DNA of 64,000 bases, taken from Eledone cirrhosa. Taxonomy: Eukaryota. Under the pieces are notes generated by a model. The model was not told the DNA's origin, searched no databases, and saw only the letters and a program-made list of their open reading frames with translations. Both the position numbers and the translations under genes were made by a program. Numbering within the stretch: position 1 is the stretch's first letter; each line of letters begins with the position of its first letter. Positions 1-14,340 of this stretch are shown piece after piece. The stretch covers positions 135,532,001-135,596,000 of the forward strand of contig OZ024741.1 in assembly GCA_964016885.1 (NCBI GenBank), read 5' to 3'.

Positions 1-18
1 AGTGAACTATAACTTCCT

Positions 19-131
<113 letters not shown>

Positions 132-344
132 ATGAGAGAGGAGAGAGAAAGAGAGAGAGTAGTAAATCCTATACATCCTGCGTTGGTATTTTACCAATTA
201 TTATACCAACTATACATGTAAACATGTGTCGAGTACTTCCTGTTCCGTGGTTTCCCCACTCTCCATACCGTGAGACAATTTAATGGAAACAACAAACCAA
301 ACAATATAATACGATCAAGATTTATATTAACGCTTTAAAGTTTA

Positions 345-395
345 ACGCTTGATGTAGTAGTAAAAGTGACTTTACGTTTCGGACACTAATCCTTT
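345..395 (-). ncRNA. Degenerate hammerhead motif in a PLE pLTR-like remnant
   Basis: Minus strand reads cttCTGATAAa-gga-ttagtg-tcc-GAAACGTAaag (G8 mutated). Same family as the + strand copy at ~4085-4147 (ttttgatgaagcattagtgtccgaaacttaaag...gcgtta). Confidence 0.5.
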
Positions 396-524
396 ATCAG
401 AAGTTAGAATGAGAAACAAAAGATGAAATATAAAGTGAGATGAAGGAACGTTAAAAAGTGCTTTTGGAGAAAAAAAAACGTGTATGTTCATTAAGCCTAT
501 CTCTCTCTCTCTCTTTCTCCCCCA

Positions 525-625
<101 letters not shown>

Positions 626-1390
626 TATCTATGGGTTTGGCCGTTTCTTTTCATTAGATGCCAACACCGCCTAATAACGAGCCCCTGCTGTCTGATTGGT
701 GCTCACGGTCATGAGCACTCTTATTTTGGAAATAAACCCTTAAGTGTTCTTGAAGACTTCGTTTTAACTTGGGAATATTGGTACTTAATGATTCAGCTAA
801 CAAACAATTTGGACCGCGCAATCCTTTGGCTTCACTATATTTCCAATTTTAACTGTAATAAACTGCAATATACGTAACTAGAACATATTATCAAAAATGC
901 ATTAGGAAGCCAATAACAACTACATCATCTACCAACTGCACTTAATAATTGATACTACAAAGTCATCTCTATATATCGCTAAGATGCAAGAATCGTCTGA
1001 TGTTTCTGAAACCTAGTTTCTGAAAAAAATTGGGATAATGTGGGAATGTTAATCTGAAGTCGTCTGAGAATCTATAATCCGTTTTATATTTGTCTTATTT
1101 GAGTTAGTCACTTTTTTTTATAATGTTCTTACTTTTTCTTATCCCAAACACCTACACGCTTTCAAGGGAATGGTCATTCCGTTTCAAGAAAATATAAAGT
1201 TGTTTAGTAGACAGAAACAGAACAAAACTAAAATACAATTCCAGGAGAGAGCCTAAAGAGATGATAAATGACATTCATCTGAATGTTGTTAGCAACTAAC
1301 TACGTACACAGATACGCAATTACACGATACATACATAGCTATAAAAGTAAACGTAGTTGACTGAACATATGAATATATAATTATCTACTC

Positions 1391-1454
<64 letters not shown>

Positions 1455-1534
1455 CTATGAAATTTACAGCTGACACCTATACAGGCGTAACTGGCAACTG
1501 GTCTCCTACGTGGTTGCATCTCAATGGAGGCTTC

Positions 1535-1665
1535 TCGGGTATTTTAATTTAAAGCAATCTGAAGTTAAATATTTTATTCAAGAACACAACACGCCACTCA
1601 GTCTAGGGATCGAATCCCATGATGTTATGCTTTTCTTGAGCAACATAACTCCTAAGCTACGCGCA
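1535..1665 (-). mobile_element. tRNA-derived SINE, second family (degenerate)
   Basis: Minus-strand B-box-like GATTCGATCCC followed by gtgttgtgttcttgaataaaatattt. Related copies at ~20640-20785(-), 22857-23085(+), 26860-27110(-), 60345-60465(+), 60750-60990(+). Confidence 0.5.
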
Positions 1666-2365
1666 TCTACAGTATACTAGGTGAAGAACGATTGAATGTG
1701 GTCACACACAGGAGAGAGTGAAGTGAGGGTCTACAATTCTAAATTAAACACTCCTTGAAAACTAGAAACCAGACAACTTTTATAACTCAGTTTGCAGTCT
1801 TCTTCTTTAGTACGAGACAGTTTGCACTGATATGTCATGTCAGCCAGAGTCTAATCCAATTAATTAGTAATATATCATTTTAGATATATAAAAAGGATTT
1901 CCTGGTGTCTAAAACTGGAAAAGTTATTTTCGACTGGCAAATGTCCAATTATACTGGATGTTACTACCAGCTGCAATGTTCCGACCTTTCAGAAGTCCTG
2001 TTATTGCTTGGCAAGCAGTAAAAAGGCTTCTTTAAGATCTGTTTACTAGTGGACAATGTAATGATAGTGTATACGTGCGAATGTTTACAGACGACCTCTT
2101 ACTGAACACTTTCGTTTCAGTGGTTTAGTGACATGAGAAATAATTTGAAAGACTTCAACAGAATGCACTAAATGAATGCACACAATGCCAGGTTGTGACA
2201 CTAAACTATCAGCAGGTCTTCGGTGTTGATTAACACTCTGTCAATGTAATATAAGATTAATTGAACTAGACACATATTTAAACACATATTTAAGGGGGAT
2301 ATTGATATACGTGTTCAAACATCTTCTAATTGGTTATAGTAAATTATTTCCTTCTTTCATGCCAG

Positions 2366-2449
2366 GAATTGTCTTGTGCCTCTATTACAGCTGCACGAAC
2401 TTTTATAAAATATTTCGGACATTCTCGATTTGCAAACTTGGAAGCTCTG
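2366..2449 (+). CDS. Candidate internal coding exon of unknown host gene (ELSCASITAARTFIKYFGHSRFANLEAL)
   Basis: Polypyrimidine acceptor tttccttctttcatgccag, donor CTG|gtacgt, 84 nt (28 codons) open, non-repetitive context. No recognisable homology. Confidence 0.25.
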
Positions 2450-2650
2450 GTACGTAGAGTGACACAGCCTCGAATATTGCCTAGTAAATATTTTAGATTG
2501 TTGAGATTAGTATGGGTGGAGGGCATCTGAGAGAATGGATAATCTGTACAGAATTGACATTAATTTGGATAATTAACTAACAAGAGCATCATACCATGTA
2601 AGTAGTTGAGATTTGGAACACACGTACGCACGCGCACACACACACACACA

Positions 2651-2697
<47 letters not shown>

Positions 2698-2864
2698 AGA
2701 CACACACATACATACACACACACACACACACTCATGCACGCACTTCTACATAATTTTAATGACAAGAACATCTCTGTATATCTGACATTTCCTCTAAATT
2801 GGCTTTGATTAGCTACTGGCTGTAATAAAACCCCTAAGAATATCGTATATATATATACATATAT

Positions 2865-3041
2865 ATAATTACAACAGTGACATAAACAAGTACCCAAGTT
2901 TCGTTGGGTTGTGGGCTTCAATTCATTCAGCCTGTCATGAGAAAAATAAAAAACAAATTATTTTTCTCATGACAGGCTGAGTGAATTGGGCCCAGAATCC
3001 AACGAAACTTGAGTACCTCTTTATGTCACGGTTGTAATTAT
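2865..3041. mobile_element. Fold-back element (~85 bp imperfect arms) with hammerhead-like motif on each arm
   Basis: ataattacaacagtgacataa...ttatgtcacggttgtaattat. The + arm reads agg-CTGAGTGA-attgg...ccaac-GAAAC-ttga-GTA-cct (2974-3018). Confidence 0.7.
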
Positions 3042-3071
3042 TTATACTAAACTTGTCCTATTATTTATACT

Positions 3072-3362
3072 ACCCTTTACGATCTGAGTTCAAATCCCGC
3101 CGAGGTTGACTTTGCCTTTCATCCTTACGGGGTCGATAAAATAAAGTACCAGTAATGCACTGGGTAATTGCTGGCCTTGTGCCTAAAGTAGAAACAATTA
3201 TTTATACTAAACTTTACAGTCCTAAACTTTACGTCTCTTTACAGTCTGAGTTCAAATCCCGCCGAGGTTAACTTTTCCTTTCATCCTACGGGGTCGATAA
3301 AATAAAGTACCAGTAATGTACTGGGTATTTGCTGGCCTTGTGCCTAAAATAGAAACAATTAT
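3072..3362 (+). mobile_element. Two 5'-truncated tRNA-derived SINEs (family A)
   Basis: B-box GAGTTCAAATCC, core ctttgcctttcatccttacggggtcgataaaataaagtaccag, 3' end ggccttgtgcctaaagtagaaacaatt. Flank attatttatactaaactt is repeated. Confidence 0.85.
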
Positions 3363-3527
3363 TTATACTAAACTTGTTCTTACTCTTGGATATTTCCACT
3401 TTTACTTTAGTATATATATATATATATCAATTAAAAGGTGATTTGTTTCTGTGAGACCATCTTATTTTAGTCTGTTTGACTTATACTCCCCTAAACAGAT
3501 TTATTTTTGGCATAAACTTAATATGTG

Positions 3528-3587
<60 letters not shown>

Positions 3588-3774
3588 TGAGTTGGGTTTC
3601 TCGTTGCTTTGGTTCATGTGACTGGTTCACCGGTTGCAGTCTTCAATTTGCCAAGCTTTCTATCGTATTTTATTACTCTAAGTTAGAACCTTATCGAGTG
3701 CTTTGCTGCACATTCCGTATTGTATATCGTTAGCTTGGCCACAGCCAAAACTTCGATTTTACTGAACTTCCATT

Positions 3775-3815
<41 letters not shown>

Positions 3816-3846
3816 ATAATAATAAATTTGAAGACTAAAATCCAAA

Positions 3847-3899
3847 GAGTTTCAGAAGATCCCGTTAAGGGTGAAAGCAGCGATTCTTTGCTTAAACTT
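3847..3899 (+). ncRNA. Type I hammerhead motif with one core mutation
   Basis: gagttt-CAGAAGA-t-ccc gttaa ggg-t-GAA-agca...tgct-T-aaactt. Stems I, II and III all pair; U4 is replaced by A. Confidence 0.65.
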
Positions 3900-3909
3900 T
3901 AATCTGTTA

Positions 3910-4009
<100 letters not shown>

Positions 4010-4529
4010 TGACTCAAAAACATTTTTTATGTTCTTTCCTCTTCTTACTCTGTCTCTCCAGTTATTCTTTTATTTTTCATTCTATCTTTTGATGAAGCAT
4101 TAGTGTCCGAAACTTAAAGACACTTTTCCTACAATATCTAGCGTTATATTTCTTAATTGTACTTTGCTGTTAACTTCATTGTTTCCGTTTCCTTACTGCA
4201 AACACACCCGTACACACAAACACACACACAAACACGCACACATACACATATATATATATACACACACACACATACACACATACACGCACATTCACACACA
4301 CACATACACGCACGCACACATAAATAGCAAAACATGACAATAACAAATACGGTCCCCATATCTTGCCTTGGCTTGTCAATGGACATATAGCTGCCAGAAT
4401 GGAGTGGATGCCATATGTGTAGCACAAACACGTAGCATTTATATTTTATCCATAATATACTTATCTTCACAAGTCCCACAGCGGTGGAGGTGTGGAAACG
4501 TGTGCAGAATCGATCGGTTAGAAGCACGT

Positions 4530-5065
4530 TGTCACAAATCTACACGTGGATGTCTTAACTCATATCATAATGTCGGGGATTTTTTAAGGTGCTTCTACGA
4601 GATCCCAAGTCTTTTACTTTTAATGCGTAAATTATAATTTATCTAATTTTTAACCTTCAATCCCTGACTCTTAGGCCCTTTTCAAATTCTCTTAACTCCC
4701 CATAACCCATCCCTTTTACAACTCCGACAACTAATATAAAAGAGCCCCCTTAGAATATAGACCCCAAATATACAAGCGGAACTGCTGATGTATACCACAA
4801 TTTCAAACTGCTAATCTTGAGTGAAACGTTGATGTAAATAATGAACTTACAATCACCTGTTATATGCCTTGAAAAGTCCCACCATATGGTCGGACGAAAC
4901 GGCTGTCGGCAATAAACTTGTTATAATGTCATAATAGTTCCTTTGTTCTTTTTCATTAATATTTCTGCTCTGCTCATACGCATAGAGCTTAACTAGCTAC
5001 CGTCGCATATTTGGTAGGTCAGGCGTGATCATCGCGATTCACATACGACCTACCATACATCTTGC
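4530..5065 (+). mobile_element. PLE 3' region/pLTR remnant with degenerate hammerhead (4865-4911) and AATAAA
   Basis: tgcc-ttgaaaa-gtcc...ggac-GAAAC-ggct-GTC-ggca followed immediately by aataaa; ends in (TA)n. Confidence 0.5.
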
Positions 5066-5098
5066 TTATATATATATATATTATATATATATATATAT

Positions 5099-5199
<101 letters not shown>

Positions 5200-5352
5200 A
5201 TAAATGCTCTGAAATAGCGATATATATGTGAATATAGACATAGAATATTCGAAAATATTCTGTATGTTTATAATAAACATTTTGAAGACCTAATCGCTAT
5301 AGAATAGAATACGTCACGTATTACAATTAGATTCTCGATAAAAGCAAGGGAA

Positions 5353-5395
5353 GTAATCGACGCGTTTCATTCTCGTTAGAAATCATCAGGACTAC
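5353..5395 (-). ncRNA. Type I hammerhead ribozyme, unit 1 (GUC site)
   Basis: GUAGUC-CUGAUGA-u-UUCU aacg AGAA-u-GAAAC-gc-GUC-GAUUAC; 16-bp distal stem 5331-5346/5404-5419. Confidence 0.85.
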
Positions 5396-5662
5396 ATATC
5401 CAGTGCTTTTATCGAGAATGACACAGCTAGAGACTTATAGAATACTTAGCTGTGTACAGGAACTGGTTTGAAAGAGCGGTTGCCGGTCCGGCAGAAATTA
5501 GAAATTGGAATAAATGCTCTGAAATAGCGATATATATGTGAATATAGACATAGAATATTCGAAAATATTCTGTATGTTTATAATAAACATTTTGAAGACC
5601 TAATCGCTATAGAATAGAATACGTCACGTATTACAATTAGATTCTCGATAAAAGCAAGGGAA

Positions 5663-5705
5663 GTAATCTACGCGTTTCATTCTCGTTAGAAATCATCAGG
5701 ACTAC
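5663..5705 (-). ncRNA. Type I hammerhead ribozyme, unit 2 (GUA site)
   Basis: Same fold, GAAACGCGUA. Confidence 0.85.
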
Positions 5706-5972
5706 ATATCCAGTGCTTTTATCGAGAATGACACAGCTAGAGACTTATAGAATACTTAGCTGTGTACAGGAACTGGTTTGAAAGAGCGGTTGCCGGTCCG
5801 GCAGAAATTAGAAATTGGAATAAATGCTCTGAAATAGCGATATATATGTGAATATAGACATAGAATATTCGAAAATATTCTGTATGTTTATAATAAACAT
5901 TTTGAAGACCTAATCGCTATAGAATAGAATACGTCACGTATTACAATTAGATTCTCGATAAAAGCAAGGGAA

Positions 5973-6015
5973 GTAATCTACGCGTTTCATTCTCGTTAGA
6001 AATCCTCAGGACTAC
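5973..6015 (-). ncRNA. Type I hammerhead ribozyme, unit 3 (CUGAGGA core, GUA site)
   Basis: Same fold; the substitution falls at the variable N7 position. Confidence 0.8.
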
Positions 6016-6282
6016 ATATCCAGTGCTTTTATCGAGAATGACACAGCTAGAGACTTATAGAATACTTAGCTGTGTACAGGAACTGGTTTGAAAGAGCGGT
6101 TGCCGGTCCGGCAGAAATTAGAAATTGGAATAAATGCTCTGAAATAGCGATATATATGTGAATATAGACATAGAATATTCGAAAATATTCTGTATGTTTA
6201 TAATAAACATTTTGAAGACCTAATCGCTATAGAATAGAATACGTCACGTATTACAATTAGATTCTCGATAAAAGCAAGGGAA

Positions 6283-6325
6283 GTAATCTACGCGTTTCAT
6301 TCTCGTTAGAAATCATCAGGACTAC
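6283..6325 (-). ncRNA. Type I hammerhead ribozyme, unit 4 (GUA site)
   Basis: Same fold. Confidence 0.85.
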
Positions 6326-6677
6326 ATATCCAGTGCTTTTATCGAGAATGACACAGCTAGAGACTTATAGAATACTTAGCTGTGTACAGGAACTGGTTTG
6401 AAAGAGCGGTTGCCGGTCCGGCAGAAATTAGAAATTGGAATAAATGCTCTGAAATAGCGATATATATGTGAATATAGACATAGAATATTCGAAAATATTC
6501 TATAAAATAACCCACACCCCCAAATAACTTCTCATTCACTACCAGAAGGCACACAGCAGTCAACTTGTTGCTACCAAGATGAAAACTACTATGACATCCC
6601 ACAATGAATTTTATACTTGAATTTTCAAATCTCAAATTTTAACTCTTCGTATTATTAATTTTTCTTAATATTAATCA

Positions 6678-6724
6678 ACATTTGAAAAGATGGCTTTTGC
6701 AGACCCATCGAAACCGGTCATTTT
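6678..6724 (+). ncRNA. Degenerate hammerhead motif (pLTR remnant)
   Basis: ttgaaaa-gatgg...ccatc-GAAAC-cg-GTC; palindromic stem III ACCGGT, core decayed. Confidence 0.45.
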
Positions 6725-6862
6725 TTATACCCTTTATTATTTCCTTACCTTATAAAATTATATGTTTTTTCACAAAAAAGTATTCTGTCTCTTATATATT
6801 CCATGTGCCATTACCAACCTCAAATTTCTCTATAACCTTCGTTTTGTGTAGAAAATTACACT

Positions 6863-7005
<143 letters not shown>

Positions 7006-7162
7006 CACACACATATATATATATAAAAGGAAAAAGGAATAAAAAAGACTCCAGTTGCATTTTCGATTTCAACTTTTTTCCTTATACTTTCACTCGTGTA
7101 GGACAACTCGTTTTTTTTTTTTCACTTTGAAAAAGACCTCATTTTTTAATATATATATACAG

Positions 7163-7234
<72 letters not shown>

Positions 7235-7375
7235 AGTATTAAACGAAAGATATATACTTTATATCATCTCTATTTTATTATATATATTTCGAAAATCTAA
7301 AGTTCTATGTATAACAATATATATATATATGTGTGTGTGTGTAAATATCTAAGTCAGTACTACAACGACGCCATA

Positions 7376-7425
7376 CCAGGTATGTACGTTTCGTTGATCG
7401 TATGACGACCAGCTTGTTCAGCCTG
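7376..7425 (-). ncRNA. Degenerate hammerhead motif
   Basis: cagg-CTGAACAA-gctggtcg tcata cgatcaac-GAAAC-gtac-ATA-cctg. Confidence 0.4.
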
Positions 7426-8942
7426 TGCGATATCTTTAGTTACCGGCGATATCTTTAGTTACCGGCTATAACCTATACAGTAAAATGTCATTTACTGGTT
7501 TAGTAGTTCCTATTTCGTTCACAGTGTTGGCAATACTTAATGTTTTCAGCCTCTGCTTTATGTTGACTGAAGATTTGTGTGGGATTCGGTAGATAAGTTT
7601 CAGTTTCACAAATACAAATCGAAAAAAATTTAAGTACTGGAGTCGATATGACGGACTCAATCCTGGATGGGCGTTCCCCAGTATGGTCGTAGTTCAATCA
7701 CTATAATTTAGGGGAGAGATAAAGACGTATTTACTAAAAAAACAAATTTTTCTTACATAATAATTAAACGTGCAGGCTCCCAAATTATTCAGGGGAAATA
7801 ACAAATCGTAAATGTATTTGATTTATCTCCCTTACATTATTTCTGATCTGTTATTCACACCAGGAAAAAATATAAATGCATAAGTTTCATATAAATATAT
7901 TTTGAATTTATAATATATATCCTTTAATTGTTTTTTAAGAAATAATTAACGATATGTTTGGATAATATAGTCTTCTTAGTTATACATCTCAAATATTTTA
8001 AGTATACGCACTATATATTTTAAATATAAACTATTATAAACTCTTATGTAGTTAGAATGTCCCAGGAAAGAATTGCTGACAGATTTTACGGGCAAAACCA
8101 ACCGACAAGAGACCCAGGGGTAGACCCCGAACAAGAGGCTTGATAACATCCACGAGCCTGGATGGTCACGCTTGGTGACGCTGCTGGATTAGTTAGAGAC
8201 GGTTGATTCTTAGAAGACCCACTGGAAGGAGTGTTTGAGGACTCTGCCCCCACGACCCTCTCAGGAATAAGTGGGCGAAGAAGAGGAAGAACTATTATTT
8301 CAAAAATATACACTCGTTGATGTATACAGTAAATATAAAGAAAACGCACATTAAACTTAGTAAATATGAGCACTAGTTATTTGTGAGGCATTGTTTTATG
8401 ACCGGATCCCCTTCATGAAGCCGACACTTTTATTCACCTCTTGCGATATGCAGGGTTACGGTGCACCTATTTTAAACCAACACATTTAGTCACCTCTTAC
8501 GATAAGCAGGGGCATATTTTTACTGTTTACACTGCATATTGTAAGTATACACACTAAATATTGTAAACATATACTCTAAAATGTGTTAATATATACACTG
8601 TACATTCTATTTACTGACACTATAAATGTACAGTATCTAATAATTATTAATAGCATTGATAAAAAAAAGGCATGTTTTGGTTCTTTATATTTTAGATATA
8701 TTATTTGACAAAATGATGAATTTATTTATATATGTACAATCATAATCTTTAATATCTGAAGCCTCCAAGAAATTATATAATTTAAAAAAATGTTTGATAT
8801 CAATCTGCTCAAAAGCTACCTCCTATGAAACAAAATCCGTCTTTTAAAGGACCCGCCTTCCTTATTTTATGTAAGAATCCTTTATGTTACAAATAGCCTC
8901 TTAATAATAGAACAATTAATGACCTTAGTAAATCATTCCAAA

Positions 8943-9073
<131 letters not shown>

Positions 9074-9428
9074 GTTATTGTTATTCCTTGAATCTCAGTC
9101 ATTGATGTTGGTTAACTGGAAAGTCCGTTGGATTGAATATCAAGCCACTACCTGCAGCCTCAGATATTCAGGACGTATCGGAGGGTTCTTGCCGTTCCAA
9201 GCAAGCATGCCTTTTGAAGCGTTCCAAAAAGCGTGAAGGGGCCGATTTTCTTTAACCATCCCTGGAAACCTTTGGAGATAGTCCCCAGTGCGCCTATGAC
9301 AATCGGGATCACTTTGACTTCATGGCAGTTCCAAATCCTTTTCACCTCCCACTTTAGGTCCTGGTATCGGTTAATTTTCTCCCTCTCCTTCTCTTGCACT
9401 CTCGTGTCGAACGGGCAGGCCACATCCA

Positions 9429-9430
<2 letters not shown>
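9074..9430 (-). mobile_element. R4/Dong-like non-LTR retrotransposon, short 5'-truncated copy
   Basis: Near-identical to 9463-9819; encodes the RLE C-terminus DVACPFD...KINRY...PIVIGALG; (TAA)n on both sides. Confidence 0.9.
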
Positions 9431-9462
<32 letters not shown>

Positions 9463-11945
9463 GTTATTGTTATTCCTTGAATCTCAGTCATTGATGTTGG
9501 TTAACTGGAAAGTCCGTTGGATTGAATATCAAGCCACTACCTGCAGCCTCAGATATTCAGGACGTATCGGAGGGTTCTTGCTGTTCCAAGCAAGCATGCC
9601 TTTTGAAGCGTTCCAAAAAGCGCGAAGGGGCCGATTTTCTTTAACCATCCCTGGAAACCTTTGGAGATAGTCCCCAGTGCGCCTATGACAATCGGGATCA
9701 CTTTGACTTCATGGCAGTTCCAAATCCTTTTCACCTCCCACTTTAGGTCTTGGTATCGGTTAATTTTCTCCCTCTCCTTCTCTTGCACTCTCGTGTCGAA
9801 CGGGCAGGCCACATCCACAATCAGGCACGATCTTTTTTCTTTGTCCATAACCACCAGGTCAGGTCTATTGTGTTCCAGTTTTTTGTCCGTCTGTATCCTA
9901 AAATCCCACAGCACCTTCACCTGACTGTTCTCCATCACCGCCTCTGGCCTATGCTCATACCATTTCTCAGAATGTGGTAGATTGTTTACTTTGCACAGGT
10001 GCCAGTGGATCACCCTGCCCATCACATCGTGTCTCCAGCCCTTATAGTGGGTCTGGGCTAGGTGCTTATACTCGGACACAATGTGAGCCACAGTCTCCTC
10101 TCTCTCTCCACAGATCCTGCACAGTGGGCTAGCCTCCTCCTTGTAGATATGGTGCTTCAACCACTTCGTTTTGAGGGCCTGCTCCTGCGCAGCCATTAGC
10201 ATTCCTTCTGTAGCCTTTTTGAGGTCTCCTCTTCTCAACCAGTTCCATGTCTGTGGATCTCTAAATTCAGTTTTCTCAAAGAAGGTACTATGAAGGGATT
10301 TTCCCTTAAGGCTGCTCTTCCTCCTTGATGTTATTTCCTCCTTGGACATCCCCTGGCCTACTGTCCCCTCCTTCAGTACAGTTCTGAGCATTGGCTCCTT
10401 ACTATAGGTCACGTATTTGTATAGGTTGTTTTTCTCCATCTGAACACAGTCCTCTATGCTGATAAGACCTCTTCCACCCTCAGATCTCCTTAGGTAGAGT
10501 CTATCGTCATCACTCCTCTTGTGGAGCATGTTGTAGATAGTCAATAGCTTCCTAGTCTTCCTATCCATTTCTTTTTGTTCAGCAACATTCCATCTCAGAA
10601 TTCCCGCACTGTACCTAATAATAGACACAGCTCGGGAATTTACTGCGCTTATGGCATTTCTGCTGTTCAGATGTGACTTCAATACGCTCCTTACTCTCCG
10701 AATGTATTCAGTTCTTAACAATTCCTTCATTTTTTTGTTCTTTATGCCATCAGCCTCCAGAACGCCCAAATACTTGTATCCTTCCTCAGAGTCAATTTCC
10801 TTTATCATCTCACCTGTTGGTATCTGGATCCCGTTACTTCTGCTCAACCTACCCCTCTTCATCACAATGACTCCACATTTACCAATACCAAACTGCATAC
10901 ATATATCACTGCTGAAAATACGGACAGTGTCAACAAGCACATCCAACTCCTTCTCACTTTTCCCGAAGAGCTTAAGATCGTCCATGAAGAGGAGGTGATT
11001 GATGGTAAGCTCTCCCCTTCCCAACTTGTATCCTGCTCTCACTTTTCGCAGCATAATGGTCAAGGGCATCAGGGCAAGGACAAACAACAGAGGGGACAGG
11101 CTATCTCCCTGGAAGATACCTCTCTTGATCTTCACGCTTCCCAAGGATACTCCAGTTGATGTCAACTCTGTCTCCCAGGACCCCATACTCCTGCCCAGCA
11201 ACTGTCTGATGTTATCTGCCACCCTGAAGACCTCCAGGCTTTTGGTGATCCAGGATTGAGGCACCATGTCAAATGCCTTTCTGTAGTCTATCCATCCCAT
11301 GGCAAGATCAGTGTGTCTCCTCCTGCAATTCCCCATTACCATCTTATCAATAAGCAACTGGTCCTTTGTACCACGTGACTTCTTTCGGCATCCTTTCTGT
11401 TCGTCCGGTAACAAGTTGTTTGTGTGGAGGTGATGGTAGATTTCCTCAGACACAATGCTCGTCAACAGTTTCCACATTACGGGCAGACATGTGATAGGTC
11501 TATAGTTGGTAACATCATTACCCTTGATTCGGTCTTTCATTATCAGAACTGTGGTACCTTTTGTCAACCACTCTGGCACCTCACCCGACACCAAGCAGTC
11601 ATTGAACATGGCCGTCAGCTTCGGGTGGAGGGATGTTAAATGTTTAATCCAATACCCCTGCACACCATCTGGGCCTGGTGATTTCCAGTTGGTTAGTTTT
11701 TTGGCTTGCCCCTTAAGAGTTTCAACTGTGATACTCAAATCAGTCTGTTGTTGTGCCTTCTCACCGATCTCCCTCTGTACTGTCTCAATCCACCCTGCCT
11801 GGGCATTGTGTCTAACATCCTGCTCCCATATTCCTCTCCAGAATGTTTTAGCTTGTTCCGCCCCAGGGATCAAGTCGTTGCCTCTTTCTTTCCCCTCAAG
11901 CTGTCCAAACAGCATCTTCTGTTTGTTGTCGAACATGCGGTTCTG
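9463..11945 (-). mobile_element. R4/Dong-like RLE-type non-LTR retrotransposon, 5'-truncated, inserted in (TAA)n
   Basis: RT and RLE ORF; both junctions are (TAA)n. Confidence 0.92.
9549..11945 (-). CDS. Reverse transcriptase + zinc knuckle + restriction-like endonuclease (N-terminally truncated)
   Basis: KSPGPDG, NYRPITCL, IDYRKAFD, RGIFQGDSLSP, HLLFMDDLKL, YKYLG, CRIC...HIVSEY (final Cys>Tyr), RPDLVV...DVACP...KINRY. The ORF-track extension to 12269 is poly-Asn plus antisense Tx1 sequence. Confidence 0.9.
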   Translation of the reverse strand, partial: QNRMFDNKQKMLFGQLEGKERGNDLIPGAEQAKTFWRGIWEQDVRHNAQAGWIETVQREIGEKAQQQTDLSITVETLKGQAKKLTNWKSPGPDGVQGYWIKHLTSLHPKLTAMFNDCLVSGEVPEWLTKGTTVLIMKDRIKGNDVTNYRPITCLPVMWKLLTSIVSEEIYHHLHTNNLLPDEQKGCRKKSRGTKDQLLIDKMVMGNCRRRHTDLAMGWIDYRKAFDMVPQSWITKSLEVFRVADNIRQLLGRSMGSWETELTSTGVSLGSVKIKRGIFQGDSLSPLLFVLALMPLTIMLRKVRAGYKLGRGELTINHLLFMDDLKLFGKSEKELDVLVDTVRIFSSDICMQFGIGKCGVIVMKRGRLSRSNGIQIPTGEMIKEIDSEEGYKYLGVLEADGIKNKKMKELLRTEYIRRVRSVLKSHLNSRNAISAVNSRAVSIIRYSAGILRWNVAEQKEMDRKTRKLLTIYNMLHKRSDDDRLYLRRSEGGRGLISIEDCVQMEKNNLYKYVTYSKEPMLRTVLKEGTVGQGMSKEEITSRRKSSLKGKSLHSTFFEKTEFRDPQTWNWLRRGDLKKATEGMLMAAQEQALKTKWLKHHIYKEEASPLCRICGEREETVAHIVSEYKHLAQTHYKGWRHDVMGRVIHWHLCKVNNLPHSEKWYEHRPEAVMENSQVKVLWDFRIQTDKKLEHNRPDLVVMDKEKRSCLIVDVACPFDTRVQEKEREKINRYQDLKWEVKRIWNCHEVKVIPIVIGALGTISKGFQGWLKKIGPFALFGTLQKACLLGTARTLRYVLNI

Positions 11946-12841
<896 letters not shown>

Positions 12842-12847
12842 ATTATT

Positions 12848-14339
12848 CAGCGTCGTGAGGCGGTGGACGGACGGACCGGTAAAGTTGCTCGGGGTTTGGT
12901 TCGGACCAGACCTCCAGGTGGAAAAGAATTGGGACGAGGTAACGAGCAGAGTAGCCAGTCTCTCCCAAAAATGGGCTGGGAGGAAGCTATCACTGAAAGG
13001 TCGCGCGGAGGTGGCGAATGCGTACATCGCGTCCGTCATCTACTACCGCCTAACCGTCGTGCCTTGCCCCCGTCCGCGCCTCGTCAAGTTGGAACGGCTC
13101 CTCTTCAAGTTCTTGTGGAGGGGACAATTTCCGTTGGTGAGGCGGTCCATCTGCTGCTAGCACCCTCTACACGGAGGGCTGGGCATGTCGTGGCTAATGA
13201 TGCGCAGACATGCGTTGAGGCTGCGACATCTCCAGATATTCTGCCTCAATGGTGAACAGGTGTGGTCGCTGTTTATCATACGGGCCTTTCCGCAGCTCAT
13301 TTCTTTGACTGAGCTGCAATCCTGGATCAAGAAGAGACCGAGACTGGGTGACTGGCACCTGGAATGTTGCCAGGCACTCACTGCTCTCTATCAAGCAGGC
13401 AATGCGATCAGTAGAACTTCCACTCTCGAGTTCTATAGAGGATTAGTGGTAGGCATGTGCGATGACACACTCGGAGAAGCTTTGGGCCTCGACGAAGTCG
13501 AACTGACCAGTCTGTACCGGAGGACTTTTTGAGCCGGGGACGATGGACAATTTCCAGAAATCCCTCGCTTGGCAGTGCTATCGGGGGGGCACTGCCGGTT
13601 CGGGATAAACTCTACAGGCACGGAAGTGCTTTCAGACGGACCTGCCCAAGATGCGCACAGAACGACGAAACCGTTCTGCACGCACATGTCCAATGTCCGT
13701 GCATTACTGACCTGTGGAGTTATGTCGAACAGCTACTGTCGCGTGTGGAACGAATCCGGCTATCGGCCGAGTCCATAGTGAAGATCGAGCCGCCACCTTC
13801 CTTAGGTCAGGAAGAGCAGGAAATTTTCCTCTGTCTGGTGGCAGTTGCGAAAGAGATTATATGGTGGACCAGGTTGAAAGGACTAAAGACAGACACTTTT
13901 CTCTTCGGCCAATCTCTCATCAACTTCTTAAAGTTTCCCCTGGAAAGGAGGGTGAGGGTGGAGAGAGAAGTGCTTCCCCCCAGTACATTTGCTAAAAGGT
14001 GGGTGAATGTGGCGAGAATGGCTCGTGTGAATGGGCCTACTCTGACCATGCGCCTATAGGCTGGCTAACTTGAGGAGAGGGGTGCTCTCCTGGGTGCCCT
14101 AGAAGCGCAGGGTGGTTCAGGATTGGTGGGGTACCCGAATCACCCCAGGGTCGTCCACCCCCCATCGGGGAATTTATTTTGTTATATTTATGCATAGTTT
14201 ATTTTATATTTTTATATTTTCATTGTTAAATTAGTCTTGCCATTGTGCACTTTTACTCGACCTTATTGTAAACCCCCACGGTCCCTGTCCTTGTATTGTC
14301 CCCTACATGTCGGCCCTTGTGGTTAAGAAATGAAACCAA

Positions 14340-14340
<1 letters not shown>
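12848..14340 (+). mobile_element. L1/Tx1-like non-LTR retrotransposon, longer decayed 3' fragment
   Basis: KLLGVWF...W..RKLSLKGRA...FLW...GGLG, then CPRC...ETVLHAHVQC; stop at ~13160, frameshift at ~13530; ends in (ATT)n. Confidence 0.85.

Noticed and set aside
2344-2526. 60-aa minus ORF after an acceptor-like ctctcag
   Set aside because: No donor or homology; overlaps a better-bounded + strand exon candidate.
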